IMG/VR virus record: IMGVR_UViG_3300021135_000003 | Source of the DNA: a virus | DNA: 64,000 bases | Direction: 5' to 3' (one strand) | Part shown: positions 18,353 to 28,243 of the stretch, one piece after another | Numbering within the stretch: position 1 is the stretch's first letter | Layout: the number at the start of each line of letters is the position of its first letter | The notes under the pieces: model-generated | What the model was told of the DNA's origin: nothing | The model's database searches: none | What the model saw: the letters and a program-made list of their open reading frames with translations, nothing else | Position numbers and translations under genes: made by a program

Positions 18353-18470
18353 TTAAAATCCCTTTCTAAATCAATAACTTACGTATTCCCCTCAGGTTTG
18401 TAGGGGATAGTCAAATTTCGCTTTACTTTAATGCAATTATGGCGTATAATAGTTGTATAAATGATGAAAA
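18353..18470 (+). promoter_or_regulatory. Early promoter cassette copy 3
   Basis: AATCAATAACTTA 18369-18381; TTTACT 18422-18427, N17, TATAAT 18445-18450, then AGTTGTATAAATGATGAAAA as in copy 1. Confidence 0.8.
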
Positions 18471-18481
18471 AAGGAACTGAA

Positions 18482-18694
18482 ATGAGCGTAATTTATAAGT
18501 CAAAATCTGAGTTGGCTAAAGAAACTGAAAAACAAATTAAAGCATTCCTCCGTAAAGGTGGTTCGATTGAAGTTGTTAAGTCTCGTAAAGCACCAAAACA
18601 AATGATGCGTTCGAAATCTTCACGTGGCTTTGTTCAAGGTACTTCTGGTTTTCCAGCTGGTGCTCCACGCAAATCTGCTTTCAGTTTAGTTTAA
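18482..18694 (+). CDS. Small basic early protein
   Basis: AAGGA SD; AFLRKGGSIEV motif. Confidence 0.6.
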   Translation: MSVIYKSKSELAKETEKQIKAFLRKGGSIEVVKSRKAPKQMMRSKSSRGFVQGTSGFPAGAPRKSAFSLV

Positions 18695-18712
18695 TTTTTT
18701 AGGAGATCATAA

Positions 18713-19087
18713 ATGTCTGAATTCAAATCTTGGGAAGAAATGTCTGCGTTGGAACAAGCCCAGTGCACTTACTCGGACTTTCATAAAGATGCTTATGGTT
18801 TCCGTCCACGCAATGATGTTAGCAATTGGACACTAGAGGATTTTGATCGTGAGTTCGCTGTGTTTGCTCGTGTATGTGAAGAGAATCGCATCCAAGAAGA
18901 AGCTGCAGAAGCTGAAGCAATTATTCGTTTCGAGGATCGTGTAACAAATCTTATGCACACTGGCACTAATCGTGCTCGTGTTATTGCTTGGCTCATGGAT
19001 GCTGAGGGTGTTAATGGTGACTTTGAGTATTTCTGTTTTACGCAGGGTCTTCCTTATGGTTACTTCAAAGAAATGGAAGTAGCATGA
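18713..19087 (+). CDS. Conserved early hypothetical protein
   Basis: AGGAG SD; YSDFHKDAYGFRPR motif seen in T4-like early genes. Confidence 0.7.
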   Translation: MSEFKSWEEMSALEQAQCTYSDFHKDAYGFRPRNDVSNWTLEDFDREFAVFARVCEENRIQEEAAEAEAIIRFEDRVTNLMHTGTNRARVIAWLMDAEGVNGDFEYFCFTQGLPYGYFKEMEVA

Positions 19088-19431
19088 TTTTAGCAAGAGA
19101 ACTTACAACTTGGGAAGATGGTATGGATTGTAACCATACATATATAATGAGCGAATCAATGGATAAGATTTTTGGTTATTTCAAAAAGAATAATCCTAAA
19201 GATTTTATGATGTTTAAAAATTTTATTCGCATTGATACAAGGTATCGTAAGTTTAAAGTTATTCAACGCAACTTAAATTTTGCTGGGCAGAAACCCTCTA
19301 ATCGAACTTGGGAAATTAAAGGTAGCAAGGATCACGTATATACTGTTGAAGAAACAGAAAATGGTTTGAGTTGTAGCTGTATTGGTTTTAAATATCATGG
19401 TAAGTGTAAACATATCGAGAGTGTAAAATGA
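19084..19431 (+). CDS. SWIM zinc-finger protein
   Basis: C-terminal CSCIGFKYHGKCKH. Confidence 0.75.
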   Translation: MILARELTTWEDGMDCNHTYIMSESMDKIFGYFKKNNPKDFMMFKNFIRIDTRYRKFKVIQRNLNFAGQKPSNRTWEIKGSKDHVYTVEETENGLSCSCIGFKYHGKCKHIESVK

Positions 19432-20735
19432 ACATCAATAAATTTTTGGATAGTCTTGCGGCAAATGCTTCACGCAACTTTAAGAAAGAACAACTAGAAG
19501 CAAACAAAGATAATGAAACTCTCCGTGAAGTAATTCGTTTGGCTCTTGATCCATTTACTCAATTTTATATCCGTAAGATTCCAGCGTATACTCCACAGAC
19601 AGAACAAACTAATGTTACGTTGAGGTTTGCATTGGATTCTTTATTTGATTTATCCAGTCGTCTAGTAACAGGAAATGCGGCAATTGCTCATCTTAAAGGT
19701 ATGCTAGAAGTTCTAAGCCCAGATGACGCTAAGGTTATTGAAAGAATTATTCAAAAAGATTTGAAGTGTGGGGTTCAAGTATCAACAGCAAATGATGTAT
19801 GGATGGGACTCGTTCCAGAATATCCATGCATGCTTTGCTCACCATTTGAACAGAAATTGGTTGATAAGATTAAATTCCCAGCCTATGCTCAAATGAAGAT
19901 GGACGGTATGCGTTTCAATGCGATCGTTCGTGATGGTAAGTGTGAATTTAGGAGTAGAAATGGCAAAGAAATTTTATTACTTGGCAATTTGGAGCAAGAG
20001 TTTATTTCTCTTGCTGGTTCTGTTGATTGTGTTTTTGATGGTGAACTTTTGGTAATGGATGACGATAGTTGTCAGTTTATGGATCGTCAGACTGGTAATG
20101 GTATCCTCAACAAAGCAAACAAAGGAACTATATCAGCTGAAGATGCAGCAAAGGTTCATGCTTCTGTTTGGGATTTAATTCCTTATGTTCAATTTATTGA
20201 CGGACATTGCGGAACTCCATATTCAAAAAGGTTCTCAACTCTTGAGGCGATTGTAAATAAACAACCAGCCAAAGATAAAAAGATTTGGGCTGTTACTTCA
20301 ACCATTGTTGAAACGATTGAACAGGCTCAGGAGATTTTTCAAGATTATCTATCAAAGGGATATGAAGGTATTATTCTTAAAGATGGTAATGGTGTTTGGG
20401 AAGATAAACGTAGCAAGACTCAGATTAAATTCAAAGGCGAACTAGAATGTGATCTTAAGATCGTTGCAATTGAAGAAGGTACTGGTAAGTATGCAGGAAT
20501 GCTGGGTAATATTGTTTGCGAATCAGCTGATGGTAAAATTAAAGTAAACGTAGGCTCTGGTTTTAATGATACACATCGCAAGAATTATGGTCAAGAAATA
20601 GTTGACAAAATCGTGGCAATCAAGTATAATAGTAGAATAAAGAATAAGTTGGGAGACGAGAGTTTGTTTCTTCCAATCTTTGTTGAAATTCGTGATGATA
20701 AAGATATCGCAGATAGTTCAAAGGACATAAAATGA
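19428..20735 (+). CDS. gp30: ATP-dependent DNA ligase gp30
   Basis: KMDGMR, FDGEL, EGIILK, KFK, VGSGF, LFLP.F…R.DK. Confidence 0.95.
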   Translation: MNINKFLDSLAANASRNFKKEQLEANKDNETLREVIRLALDPFTQFYIRKIPAYTPQTEQTNVTLRFALDSLFDLSSRLVTGNAAIAHLKGMLEVLSPDDAKVIERIIQKDLKCGVQVSTANDVWMGLVPEYPCMLCSPFEQKLVDKIKFPAYAQMKMDGMRFNAIVRDGKCEFRSRNGKEILLLGNLEQEFISLAGSVDCVFDGELLVMDDDSCQFMDRQTGNGILNKANKGTISAEDAAKVHASVWDLIPYVQFIDGHCGTPYSKRFSTLEAIVNKQPAKDKKIWAVTSTIVETIEQAQEIFQDYLSKGYEGIILKDGNGVWEDKRSKTQIKFKGELECDLKIVAIEEGTGKYAGMLGNIVCESADGKIKVNVGSGFNDTHRKNYGQEIVDKIVAIKYNSRIKNKLGDESLFLPIFVEIRDDKDIADSSKDIK

Positions 20736-21097
20736 AAGTAGCAATCAATACATGTTTCGGTGGGTTTGGTATTTCAAATGTAGCGTTTGAGAAATTGCTT
20801 GAGCGTAAGGGTATCGCATTCGATAAGGTGCCAGCAAAATGGCCAATTCGTGGTAACGACTCAGACTATTACAAAGCTGGTAGTCCACAATCTGATGCGA
20901 CATATCTAAGTGAGTATGAATTCTATGAACAACGCAATGATCCAGATTTGATTGCAGTGATTGAAGAATTGGGTAAAGAAGCATGGGGTTTTGCAGCAGA
21001 ACTAGCAATCGTTGATATTCCTGATGATGTCGAATGGCATATTCACGAGTACGATGGTCTTGAGCATGTAGCAGAAAATCATAGGACTTGGGGTTAA
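20732..21097 (+). CDS. Conserved phage hypothetical protein
   Basis: KVAIN.CFGGFGIS…R.DP.L..V.EELG…EYDG.E pattern. Confidence 0.7.
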   Translation: MKVAINTCFGGFGISNVAFEKLLERKGIAFDKVPAKWPIRGNDSDYYKAGSPQSDATYLSEYEFYEQRNDPDLIAVIEELGKEAWGFAAELAIVDIPDDVEWHIHEYDGLEHVAENHRTWG

Positions 21098-22596
21098 TGA
21101 TTGATGCTGTTATTCTTAGTGGTGGTCAAGATATGCCAAACGACTACCCTAAGATACAAAGATCGCTTGGTCCATACAGGGTTGCTTCTGCTTTAGAAAA
21201 AGCAGGATACACTACATGTGTAATTGATTATATTCAGTATCTTTCAGTAGAAGAAATTATCAATGCTTTGAAAAATGTTTTAACACCTAATACTTTATGG
21301 GTTGGTATTTCTTCTACTTTTTTCTACTCACCATTAGCAAAGAAGGTTGGTCTTTCTAGGATGTACCAAAATATATCTTATGAAAAAATTTCTAAAGTAT
21401 ATGAATTTATTAAAGCGAACAGTAATGCTAAGATTGTTTTTGGTGGAGCATATGCCCTTCAAGCACACGCTGATCCGATGATTGATTATTACATTGCTAG
21501 TTATGCTGATGTGACTGTTGTAGAATTAACTGATTTCCTTTCAGGTAAGAAAATATATCTTGAACATTCAACTGAGATTGATATTGGTGGAACTAAGTCT
21601 GTGTTGATTGATTCTGGTAAGTATAAAGAACCAGAAATGAATTCATTGGAAACCTTTTGGCATAAAAAAGAATACAACATATTACCAACCGAATCATTGC
21701 CTATTGAATTTGCTAGAGGGTGTATTTTTAAATGCAAGTTTTGTAACTATCCCCTTCTTGGTAAAAAGAAAGGTACATACATTAGAGATATGTCTCAGGT
21801 TCGTGATGAGATAATTAAAGTGTGGGAAGAGAATGGAACTGATTCATTTTATATGACAGATGATACCTTCAATGATGATAATGATAAGATGGAAGAATTT
21901 CATAAGTTGTTTACATCGTTGCCGTTCAAACCTAAGTTTAGCGCATTTCTTCGACTTGATTTGATTGATAGATTCCCGCATCAAGCAGATCTTCTTTTAG
22001 AAGCTGGTTTGATTGGTAACTTTTTTGGGATTGAATCATTCAATCATAAAAGTGCTAGAGCAATTGGTAAAGGTTTGCACCCAGATAGAATTAAGAAACG
22101 TCTAAACTGGGTGAGAGAAAAATGGGATGGTAAGGTTAATACTGTAGTAGGATTAATTGTTGGTTTACCGTATGATGATGAGAAGTATTTTAGAGAACTT
22201 GAAACATATCTTATGTCTTCAGAATACCCTGCTCAGAGAACTGTTATTAATCCTCTGCATATTTTTGATAGGAGCAAAGGTGTTAATCTTTATGGTTCTG
22301 AGTTTTCAGTTAACTCAGAAGTCTATGGATATAAGTTTGATTCGAATGGTAGATGGTATCATGAAGAACAGGGTTTTGGTTTTGATGATATGATAAATGT
22401 TTCAAACTATTTTTCAGAATTGATGAGCAGTAAAAATAAAGTTAGTGGATTTGAGATGTTGACATATATGAATCTTGGTATTTCGTTGAAAGATATATTA
22501 ACATACACTGAAGATGAATTAATACAACGCTATGATATCCCAAAATTAAATAATGAAAAATTGACAATGTATAAACAAATGATTGGAGCAGTATAA
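21097..22596 (+). CDS. B12-binding radical SAM enzyme
   Basis: N-terminal cobalamin-binding-like region (VFGG), ARGCIFKCKFC CxxxCxxC, DDTFND, GIES, IVGLP. Confidence 0.85.
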   Translation: MIDAVILSGGQDMPNDYPKIQRSLGPYRVASALEKAGYTTCVIDYIQYLSVEEIINALKNVLTPNTLWVGISSTFFYSPLAKKVGLSRMYQNISYEKISKVYEFIKANSNAKIVFGGAYALQAHADPMIDYYIASYADVTVVELTDFLSGKKIYLEHSTEIDIGGTKSVLIDSGKYKEPEMNSLETFWHKKEYNILPTESLPIEFARGCIFKCKFCNYPLLGKKKGTYIRDMSQVRDEIIKVWEENGTDSFYMTDDTFNDDNDKMEEFHKLFTSLPFKPKFSAFLRLDLIDRFPHQADLLLEAGLIGNFFGIESFNHKSARAIGKGLHPDRIKKRLNWVREKWDGKVNTVVGLIVGLPYDDEKYFRELETYLMSSEYPAQRTVINPLHIFDRSKGVNLYGSEFSVNSEVYGYKFDSNGRWYHEEQGFGFDDMINVSNYFSELMSSKNKVSGFEMLTYMNLGISLKDILTYTEDELIQRYDIPKLNNEKLTMYKQMIGAV

Positions 22597-23126
22597 TGAA
22601 ACGTGAACTTGATGAAATACTCTGTGCAAAGTATCCTCTGATCTTTAAAGATCGTCACGAGAATATGCAACACACAGCAATGTGCTGGGGGTTTGAAACT
22701 GGTGATGGTTGGTATAATATCATTGATACTCTTTGTGGTCTATTGACAAGCGATTATCGTAGCGCAAAAAGTCGTTATGAACATCTTATAGAAACAGGTG
22801 TTGGTAATGTTCTTTACGGAACAAAAACAGTAACACAAGAAGCTGTTGATGAAGCAAAAACAAAACTTGACGAAGAAAGTCTGAAAGTTCCAGTTGCTGT
22901 TCAAGTAAAAGAAAAGTTCGGTGGACTAAGATTCTATGTTCAGGCTGCAACTGATAAACATTATCAGTATATTACTTTTGCTGAGTCTATGAGTTATCGT
23001 ACTTGTGAAGAGTGTGGTGCTCCAGGTAAAACTTATACTGATGGATGGCATATGACTCTGTGTGATATTCATGCAGAAATGAATGGTAAAGAAGAAGAAT
23101 ATGAATCTGATGAAGGGGATGAATAA
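22596..23126 (+). CDS. Conserved hypothetical protein with C-terminal Zn motif
   Basis: GDGW…QVKEKFGGLRFY…TCEECG.PG…TLC..H. Confidence 0.7.
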   Translation: MKRELDEILCAKYPLIFKDRHENMQHTAMCWGFETGDGWYNIIDTLCGLLTSDYRSAKSRYEHLIETGVGNVLYGTKTVTQEAVDEAKTKLDEESLKVPVAVQVKEKFGGLRFYVQAATDKHYQYITFAESMSYRTCEECGAPGKTYTDGWHMTLCDIHAEMNGKEEEYESDEGDE

Positions 23127-23491
23127 TGTTTTACGGTAAAGATATGGTCGAAGAAAACTTTGACGTTCTCTTACGCAAATTAGAACAACAGGAATTGTTT
23201 TTGTTTGAACCAATGCCAAGTTATAAAAATGGTGAACGATGGACTGATGAGTTCCGCACTCGTGATGGTCATACTAAACTTGCTGATGGATCATGGGTAA
23301 CTATTCATAAAGTAAACACTTGGGTTGAAAAACTTAAGAAAGATACCATCGAGTTATATGAACAGAATACAAAACAATCTCGTGAGATTAATTTACTCAA
23401 ACAACAAAGATATGAGATGGAATTTGGTTTGCGTTCTGCGCAGAAATCTTTAAACAAAGCATTAGCAATGAAAGGTAATAGTTATGAATGA
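23126..23491 (+). CDS. Hypothetical coiled-coil protein
   Basis: Translationally coupled ORF. Confidence 0.55.
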   Translation: MFYGKDMVEENFDVLLRKLEQQELFLFEPMPSYKNGERWTDEFRTRDGHTKLADGSWVTIHKVNTWVEKLKKDTIELYEQNTKQSREINLLKQQRYEMEFGLRSAQKSLNKALAMKGNSYE

Positions 23492-23774
23492 TAAAGTATG
23501 GGTAAAGGTTGACTGTATTGCACAGCATAAAGTAAGTTATATGGTTCAGGCTCCAAAGGATCACCCTGAATATGCTCTTGATGATGTCACTATGGAAACT
23601 GCCAAAGAATTTTCTCAGACATATCTTGGTGAAACTATTTTTAGCCATCGTGTTGTTTCTGAACAAGAAGCACTTGACATTTGCGATATTGAAAATGATT
23701 ATCTTAAGGATTGGACAGATGAACAAAAGATTAATACTCTGTTCACCAAAGAAGGCGAAAAGAGGGATTATTAA
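23484..23774 (+). CDS. Hypothetical protein
   Basis: Coupled ORF; EFSQ.YLGE.I motif. Confidence 0.6.
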   Translation: MNDKVWVKVDCIAQHKVSYMVQAPKDHPEYALDDVTMETAKEFSQTYLGETIFSHRVVSEQEALDICDIENDYLKDWTDEQKINTLFTKEGEKRDY

Positions 23775-24343
23775 TGTTTATATTTGACGTAGAAACTTTG
23801 GGTGTTGAATCTAATGCTGTTGTTTTATCGGCAGCATTGCTTCACTTTGACCCAGAGAAACGTCCAACCTATCAAGACTTGCTAGACAATGCGTGCTTTG
23901 TTAAGTTGAACGCAAAAGATCAAGCAAAACGTCTTGGTAGAACTGTTGATGTGAGAACACTAGAGTGGTGGGCAAACCAACACGAATATGTTCGTAGTGT
24001 TTCTTTTGATGCAAATTCAATAGATATGTATGCAGAAGATGCAATTAAAGAGTTACATAATTATATGAACAAATATATTAATGCAAATGGTCAAACTATG
24101 TGGGCAAGGGGTTCTCTTGATCAAATGGTAATTGATTCGCTTGCTAAAAAACTTGACATGCAACCTATTACTGGGTATAATATGTGGAGGGACGTTAGAA
24201 CTGCAGTTGATTTACTCAGTGGTGGAACTAATGGTTATTGTGAAGTGAATCATCCCTTATTTGAACGAGCGCAAGTTATTAAGCACCATCCTGTTCATGA
24301 CTGTGCTCTTGATGCTATGATGTTAATGTATGGAAAGAGTTAA
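23774..24343 (+). CDS. dexA: DEDDh 3'-5' exonuclease (DexA-like)
   Basis: FDVETLG, WARG..D, RDVRT, HHPVHDCALD. Confidence 0.85.
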   Translation: MFIFDVETLGVESNAVVLSAALLHFDPEKRPTYQDLLDNACFVKLNAKDQAKRLGRTVDVRTLEWWANQHEYVRSVSFDANSIDMYAEDAIKELHNYMNKYINANGQTMWARGSLDQMVIDSLAKKLDMQPITGYNMWRDVRTAVDLLSGGTNGYCEVNHPLFERAQVIKHHPVHDCALDAMMLMYGKS

Positions 24344-26829
24344 TGGAATTTTATACCTCAGTAAACCCTATCGGAGATCGAATCTTTGTTAGAGGTGTTG
24401 AGAATGGTAAACGCTATCAACGTAAGTTAGAGTTTAGTCCTACTCTTTATGTGACTGCCAAGAAACCCTCCAAGTGGAAGACACTGGAGGGAACATTCGT
24501 TGATGAGATTAATCCAGGCACAATCAAAGATACCAGAGAATTTATTAAACGCTATGATGGTGTTGAAGGATTCGCTGTATATGGAAACTCAAACTATGCG
24601 TATCAATACATAAGCGATAATTATCAGCATGATATCAATTGGGATATGGAACAGATTAAAGTGTTCACGATTGATATTGAAACTTCAACAGAGAATGGTT
24701 TCCCTGATATTAAATCAGCCAATGAAGAAATTCTTCTTATCACAGTTAAAGAACTTCAGACAAAACGTATTATTACTTTTGGAAGTAAAGCATATGTCAA
24801 TCCACGTGAAGATGTAATCTATGTTAACTGTAAGAATGAACAAAACCTACTAACCCAATTCCTAGAATTTTGGACTAAGAGCCATCCAGATGTTATCACT
24901 GGTTGGAATACTGACTTCTTTGATATGCCATATCTTATCCGTAGGATTGAGCGTGAACTTGGTGATGGCGAATCTAATAAGATGAGTCCATGGGGATATG
25001 TTAATGAACGAAAGACTTTCATTAAAGGTAATGAAGAGATTCACTACGATATCGTTGGGATTGCTCAACTAGATTATCTTGAACTCTATAAGAAATATAC
25101 ATATTCTAAACAGGAAAGTTATCGTTTGGATTATATTGCTGGTGAAGAACTTGGTGACAAGAAGAAAGTAAATCCAGGAGATTCATTTAAAGATTTCTAT
25201 ACTAATCACTGGCAGCAATTCGTTGATTATAATATTCATGACGTAGAGTTGGTTGATAAGTTAGAAGACAAGATGCGTCTTATCGAATTGCATTTGACCA
25301 TGGCTTATAATGCCAAGATTAATTTCGAGGATGTTTATTCGCAGGTTCGCATGTGGGATACGATTATCTATAATCATCTACGTAAAAAAGGTATTGTTGT
25401 TCCTGCCAAGAGTCACTCAGGCAAAGATGCTCAATTTGAGGGTGCATATGTTAAAGATCCAATTATTGGTCTTCATAAATGGATGGCTTCTTTTGACTTG
25501 AACTCATTGTATCCGCATTTGATTATGCAGTATAACATTAGTCCTGAAACTTTGACATCGGAAAAGATTAGCGTTACTGTTGATAAACTTTTGAATCAAG
25601 AAATTGATACCACATATGTTAAGCAACGAGATCTTGCTTTGACTGCCAATGGATGGACTTATACTAAAGAGTTTAAAGGTTTCATGCCAGAGTTAATGGA
25701 ACAGATGTATAAAAATCGTTCTAAGTTCAAGAAACAAATGCTTGCCATCCAACAAGAGTATGAAAAAGATAAGTCTAAGAAACAATTGCTGAAAGATATT
25801 TCTCGTTTGAATAATCTGCAGATGGCTATGAAGATTGCTTTGAACTCTGCTTATGGTGCAATGGGTAATCAGTATTTCCGTTACTTTGATATTCGTATGG
25901 CTGAGGGTATTACTACTTCTGGTCAGTTGTCTATTCGTTGGATGGCCAACAAGTTAAATGCCTTCATGAATAAAACATTGAAGACTGAAGGTAAAGATTA
26001 TGTAGTTGCAATTGATACTGATTCAATCTACCTTACTCTTGAAACATTAGTTGAACAAACTTGCGCTGGCAAAACTGATGAACAGAAAATTAAATTCATG
26101 GATAAAATCTGTGAAGATGTTTTCCAACCATTCATTGATTCAGGTTACCAAGAACTAGCAGACTATATGAATGCGTATAGTCAGAAGATGCAGATGAAGC
26201 GTGAGGTTCTAGCTGACAAAGGTATCTGGACTGCCAAGAAACGATATATTCTTAATGTGCATAATTCAGAGGGTGTTCAATATGAGAAACCTAAAATTAA
26301 AGTTATGGGTCTTGAAATGGTCAAGTCCTCTACTCCTGCAGTTATTCGTGATAAATTGCGAGATTCGATTGAGGTTATTCTTAAAGGAAATCAATCACAT
26401 TTACAGAACTACATATTAGAGTATCGTAAAGAGTTTGAGAAACTTCCTGTTGAAGAGATTGCGTTTCCTCGTGGTGTTAATGGTATGAAACAATACGCTG
26501 GTTCACCTATCTATTCTAAGGGAACACCAATTCATGTTCGTGGTGCTTTATTGTTTAATCACTATACTAAGAAGATGGGTCTTGATAAAAAGTATCAACC
26601 AATTCGTGATGGTGATAAAATTCGATTTGTTTATGTTCGCAAACCAAATCCATTCCAAGAAGATGTTATTGCATTCAGTCAAGAGTTACCACCAGAGTTT
26701 GAATTGAACTCCTACATAGATTATGATAAACAATTTGAAAAGGTATTTCTCGATGCCCTACAAATTATTATTGGTTCGCTTGGTTGGAATACATCAGAAC
26801 AAAGTTCATTAGAGGATTTCTTTGGATGA
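24343..26829 (+). CDS. gp43: Family B DNA polymerase gp43
   Basis: DIET exonuclease, SFDLNSLYPH, KIALNSAYG, DTDS, KKRY; C-terminal clamp-binding SSLEDFFG. Confidence 0.97.
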   Translation: MEFYTSVNPIGDRIFVRGVENGKRYQRKLEFSPTLYVTAKKPSKWKTLEGTFVDEINPGTIKDTREFIKRYDGVEGFAVYGNSNYAYQYISDNYQHDINWDMEQIKVFTIDIETSTENGFPDIKSANEEILLITVKELQTKRIITFGSKAYVNPREDVIYVNCKNEQNLLTQFLEFWTKSHPDVITGWNTDFFDMPYLIRRIERELGDGESNKMSPWGYVNERKTFIKGNEEIHYDIVGIAQLDYLELYKKYTYSKQESYRLDYIAGEELGDKKKVNPGDSFKDFYTNHWQQFVDYNIHDVELVDKLEDKMRLIELHLTMAYNAKINFEDVYSQVRMWDTIIYNHLRKKGIVVPAKSHSGKDAQFEGAYVKDPIIGLHKWMASFDLNSLYPHLIMQYNISPETLTSEKISVTVDKLLNQEIDTTYVKQRDLALTANGWTYTKEFKGFMPELMEQMYKNRSKFKKQMLAIQQEYEKDKSKKQLLKDISRLNNLQMAMKIALNSAYGAMGNQYFRYFDIRMAEGITTSGQLSIRWMANKLNAFMNKTLKTEGKDYVVAIDTDSIYLTLETLVEQTCAGKTDEQKIKFMDKICEDVFQPFIDSGYQELADYMNAYSQKMQMKREVLADKGIWTAKKRYILNVHNSEGVQYEKPKIKVMGLEMVKSSTPAVIRDKLRDSIEVILKGNQSHLQNYILEYRKEFEKLPVEEIAFPRGVNGMKQYAGSPIYSKGTPIHVRGALLFNHYTKKMGLDKKYQPIRDGDKIRFVYVRKPNPFQEDVIAFSQELPPEFELNSYIDYDKQFEKVFLDALQIIIGSLGWNTSEQSSLEDFFG

Positions 26830-27437
26830 GATATATTTTAAATAAAGTAAAAAATTTTCAGCCAGTTCTTTCCGTAGATAATATTTTTACCAAAGAAGAA
26901 TTGGATAAAATTAATTCACAACTATCTTCTGTTAATACGACAGCAGCAATTGCTGGGTGGGGTTCATCCATTACTACAGATGAAGAAATGAATGCAGCTG
27001 TTTTACATAGTCATCAAGCAAGAAAATCTAATGTATATTGGTTAGATAATTCAGAGTATGATTGGATTTATGATAAACTTCAGATTGCTATTAATCATGT
27101 AAATCTAACAAACTTTAATAAAGTTTTATACTCAATTGAATCATTACAGTATACAGAATATGATTCTAAGTATAATGGTTTTTATTCTTCTCATGCTGAT
27201 GCTTATGAAGATAATCCACCTCTGAATCGATCGCTATCGTTTTCTCTTCAAATATCAAAACCTGAAGATTATACTGGAGGAGATGTAAAAATTTATTATC
27301 AGGATAAAATTTTTACAGCAAATAAGGCATATGGTACAGTTACATTTTTTGATTCAAAACTATTGCATGAAGTAACACCTGTAGTTTCTGGGTTTAGAAA
27401 AAGTTTAGTTGGTTGGATTATTGGTCCAAGAATATGA
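26826..27437 (+). CDS. 2OG-Fe(II) oxygenase (PKHD/prolyl-hydroxylase-like)
   Basis: HAD…YTGG…HEVTPV..G.RKSLVGW. Confidence 0.85.
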   Translation: MRYILNKVKNFQPVLSVDNIFTKEELDKINSQLSSVNTTAAIAGWGSSITTDEEMNAAVLHSHQARKSNVYWLDNSEYDWIYDKLQIAINHVNLTNFNKVLYSIESLQYTEYDSKYNGFYSSHADAYEDNPPLNRSLSFSLQISKPEDYTGGDVKIYYQDKIFTANKAYGTVTFFDSKLLHEVTPVVSGFRKSLVGWIIGPRI

Positions 27438-27982
27438 ACAATATTAGGATTATTAAAACTGGGATTAATGTTTCAAAGATTTTGAAACAACTAAAAGATC
27501 ATCCTGACGATTGGATGGCTCAACGAAATATCGAGGGTGCTCAATCTTTAATCGATAGAGGATATGATAATATCCCAGTTGGTAATCTTCAGTTGGTAAT
27601 CGGTGCTGTAGAAAAAGCTGAAGACTTTGTAGGAGACAGCGAGATTTGCGTACCAACTCCAGCAATCAAACATCACACAGAGATAGTAGGATTTCTAAAA
27701 AGAAATTTTAAGAAATTCAGTAGATGCGGTTTCCTTTCTCTTGCTTCAGGTGAACACGTTGGGCTACATATTGATGAGGGAACTTATTATCTTACAAGAG
27801 ATCGTTATCATTTATCCATTCAAGGAAAATATAGATATTTTGTAGGCGACGAATCAGTTATTGTTGAACCTGGAACTTTACTTTGGTTCAATAACAAACT
27901 TATGCACGGGACTGAAAACATTGGTGATTGCACTCGGATTACTTTTGTATTTGATGTTCCACATTCTAAACAAAATCCATAG
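27434..27982 (+). CDS. Asp/Asn beta-hydroxylase-like 2OG oxygenase
   Basis: HIDEG.YY…RYHL…WFNNK..HG..N…RI..VFD. Confidence 0.8.
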   Translation: MNNIRIIKTGINVSKILKQLKDHPDDWMAQRNIEGAQSLIDRGYDNIPVGNLQLVIGAVEKAEDFVGDSEICVPTPAIKHHTEIVGFLKRNFKKFSRCGFLSLASGEHVGLHIDEGTYYLTRDRYHLSIQGKYRYFVGDESVIVEPGTLLWFNNKLMHGTENIGDCTRITFVFDVPHSKQNP

Positions 27983-27990
27983 GAGGATAT

Positions 27991-28242
27991 ATGAAAGTTA
28001 AAAAGTTTTATGCAGAATGGTGTGGACCATGTAAAGGGTTATCAATGGTAATTGCTGGAGCAGGAGATAAGATTACTATTCCAATTGAGAATATTGATAT
28101 TGATACTAACATTATGGAATCAGTTCAGTATGATGTTAGATCTGTTCCCATGTTAGTTCTCGTTGATGATAATGGAAAAGAGATCAAACGTCTAAATGGT
28201 ATGGTAAATGAAACACAATTGTTAGAATTTTTAAAGGTATAA
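27991..28242 (+). CDS. trxA: Thioredoxin
   Basis: WCGPCK and SVP cis-Pro motif. Confidence 0.9.
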   Translation: MKVKKFYAEWCGPCKGLSMVIAGAGDKITIPIENIDIDTNIMESVQYDVRSVPMLVLVDDNGKEIKRLNGMVNETQLLEFLKV

Positions 28243-28243
28243 T

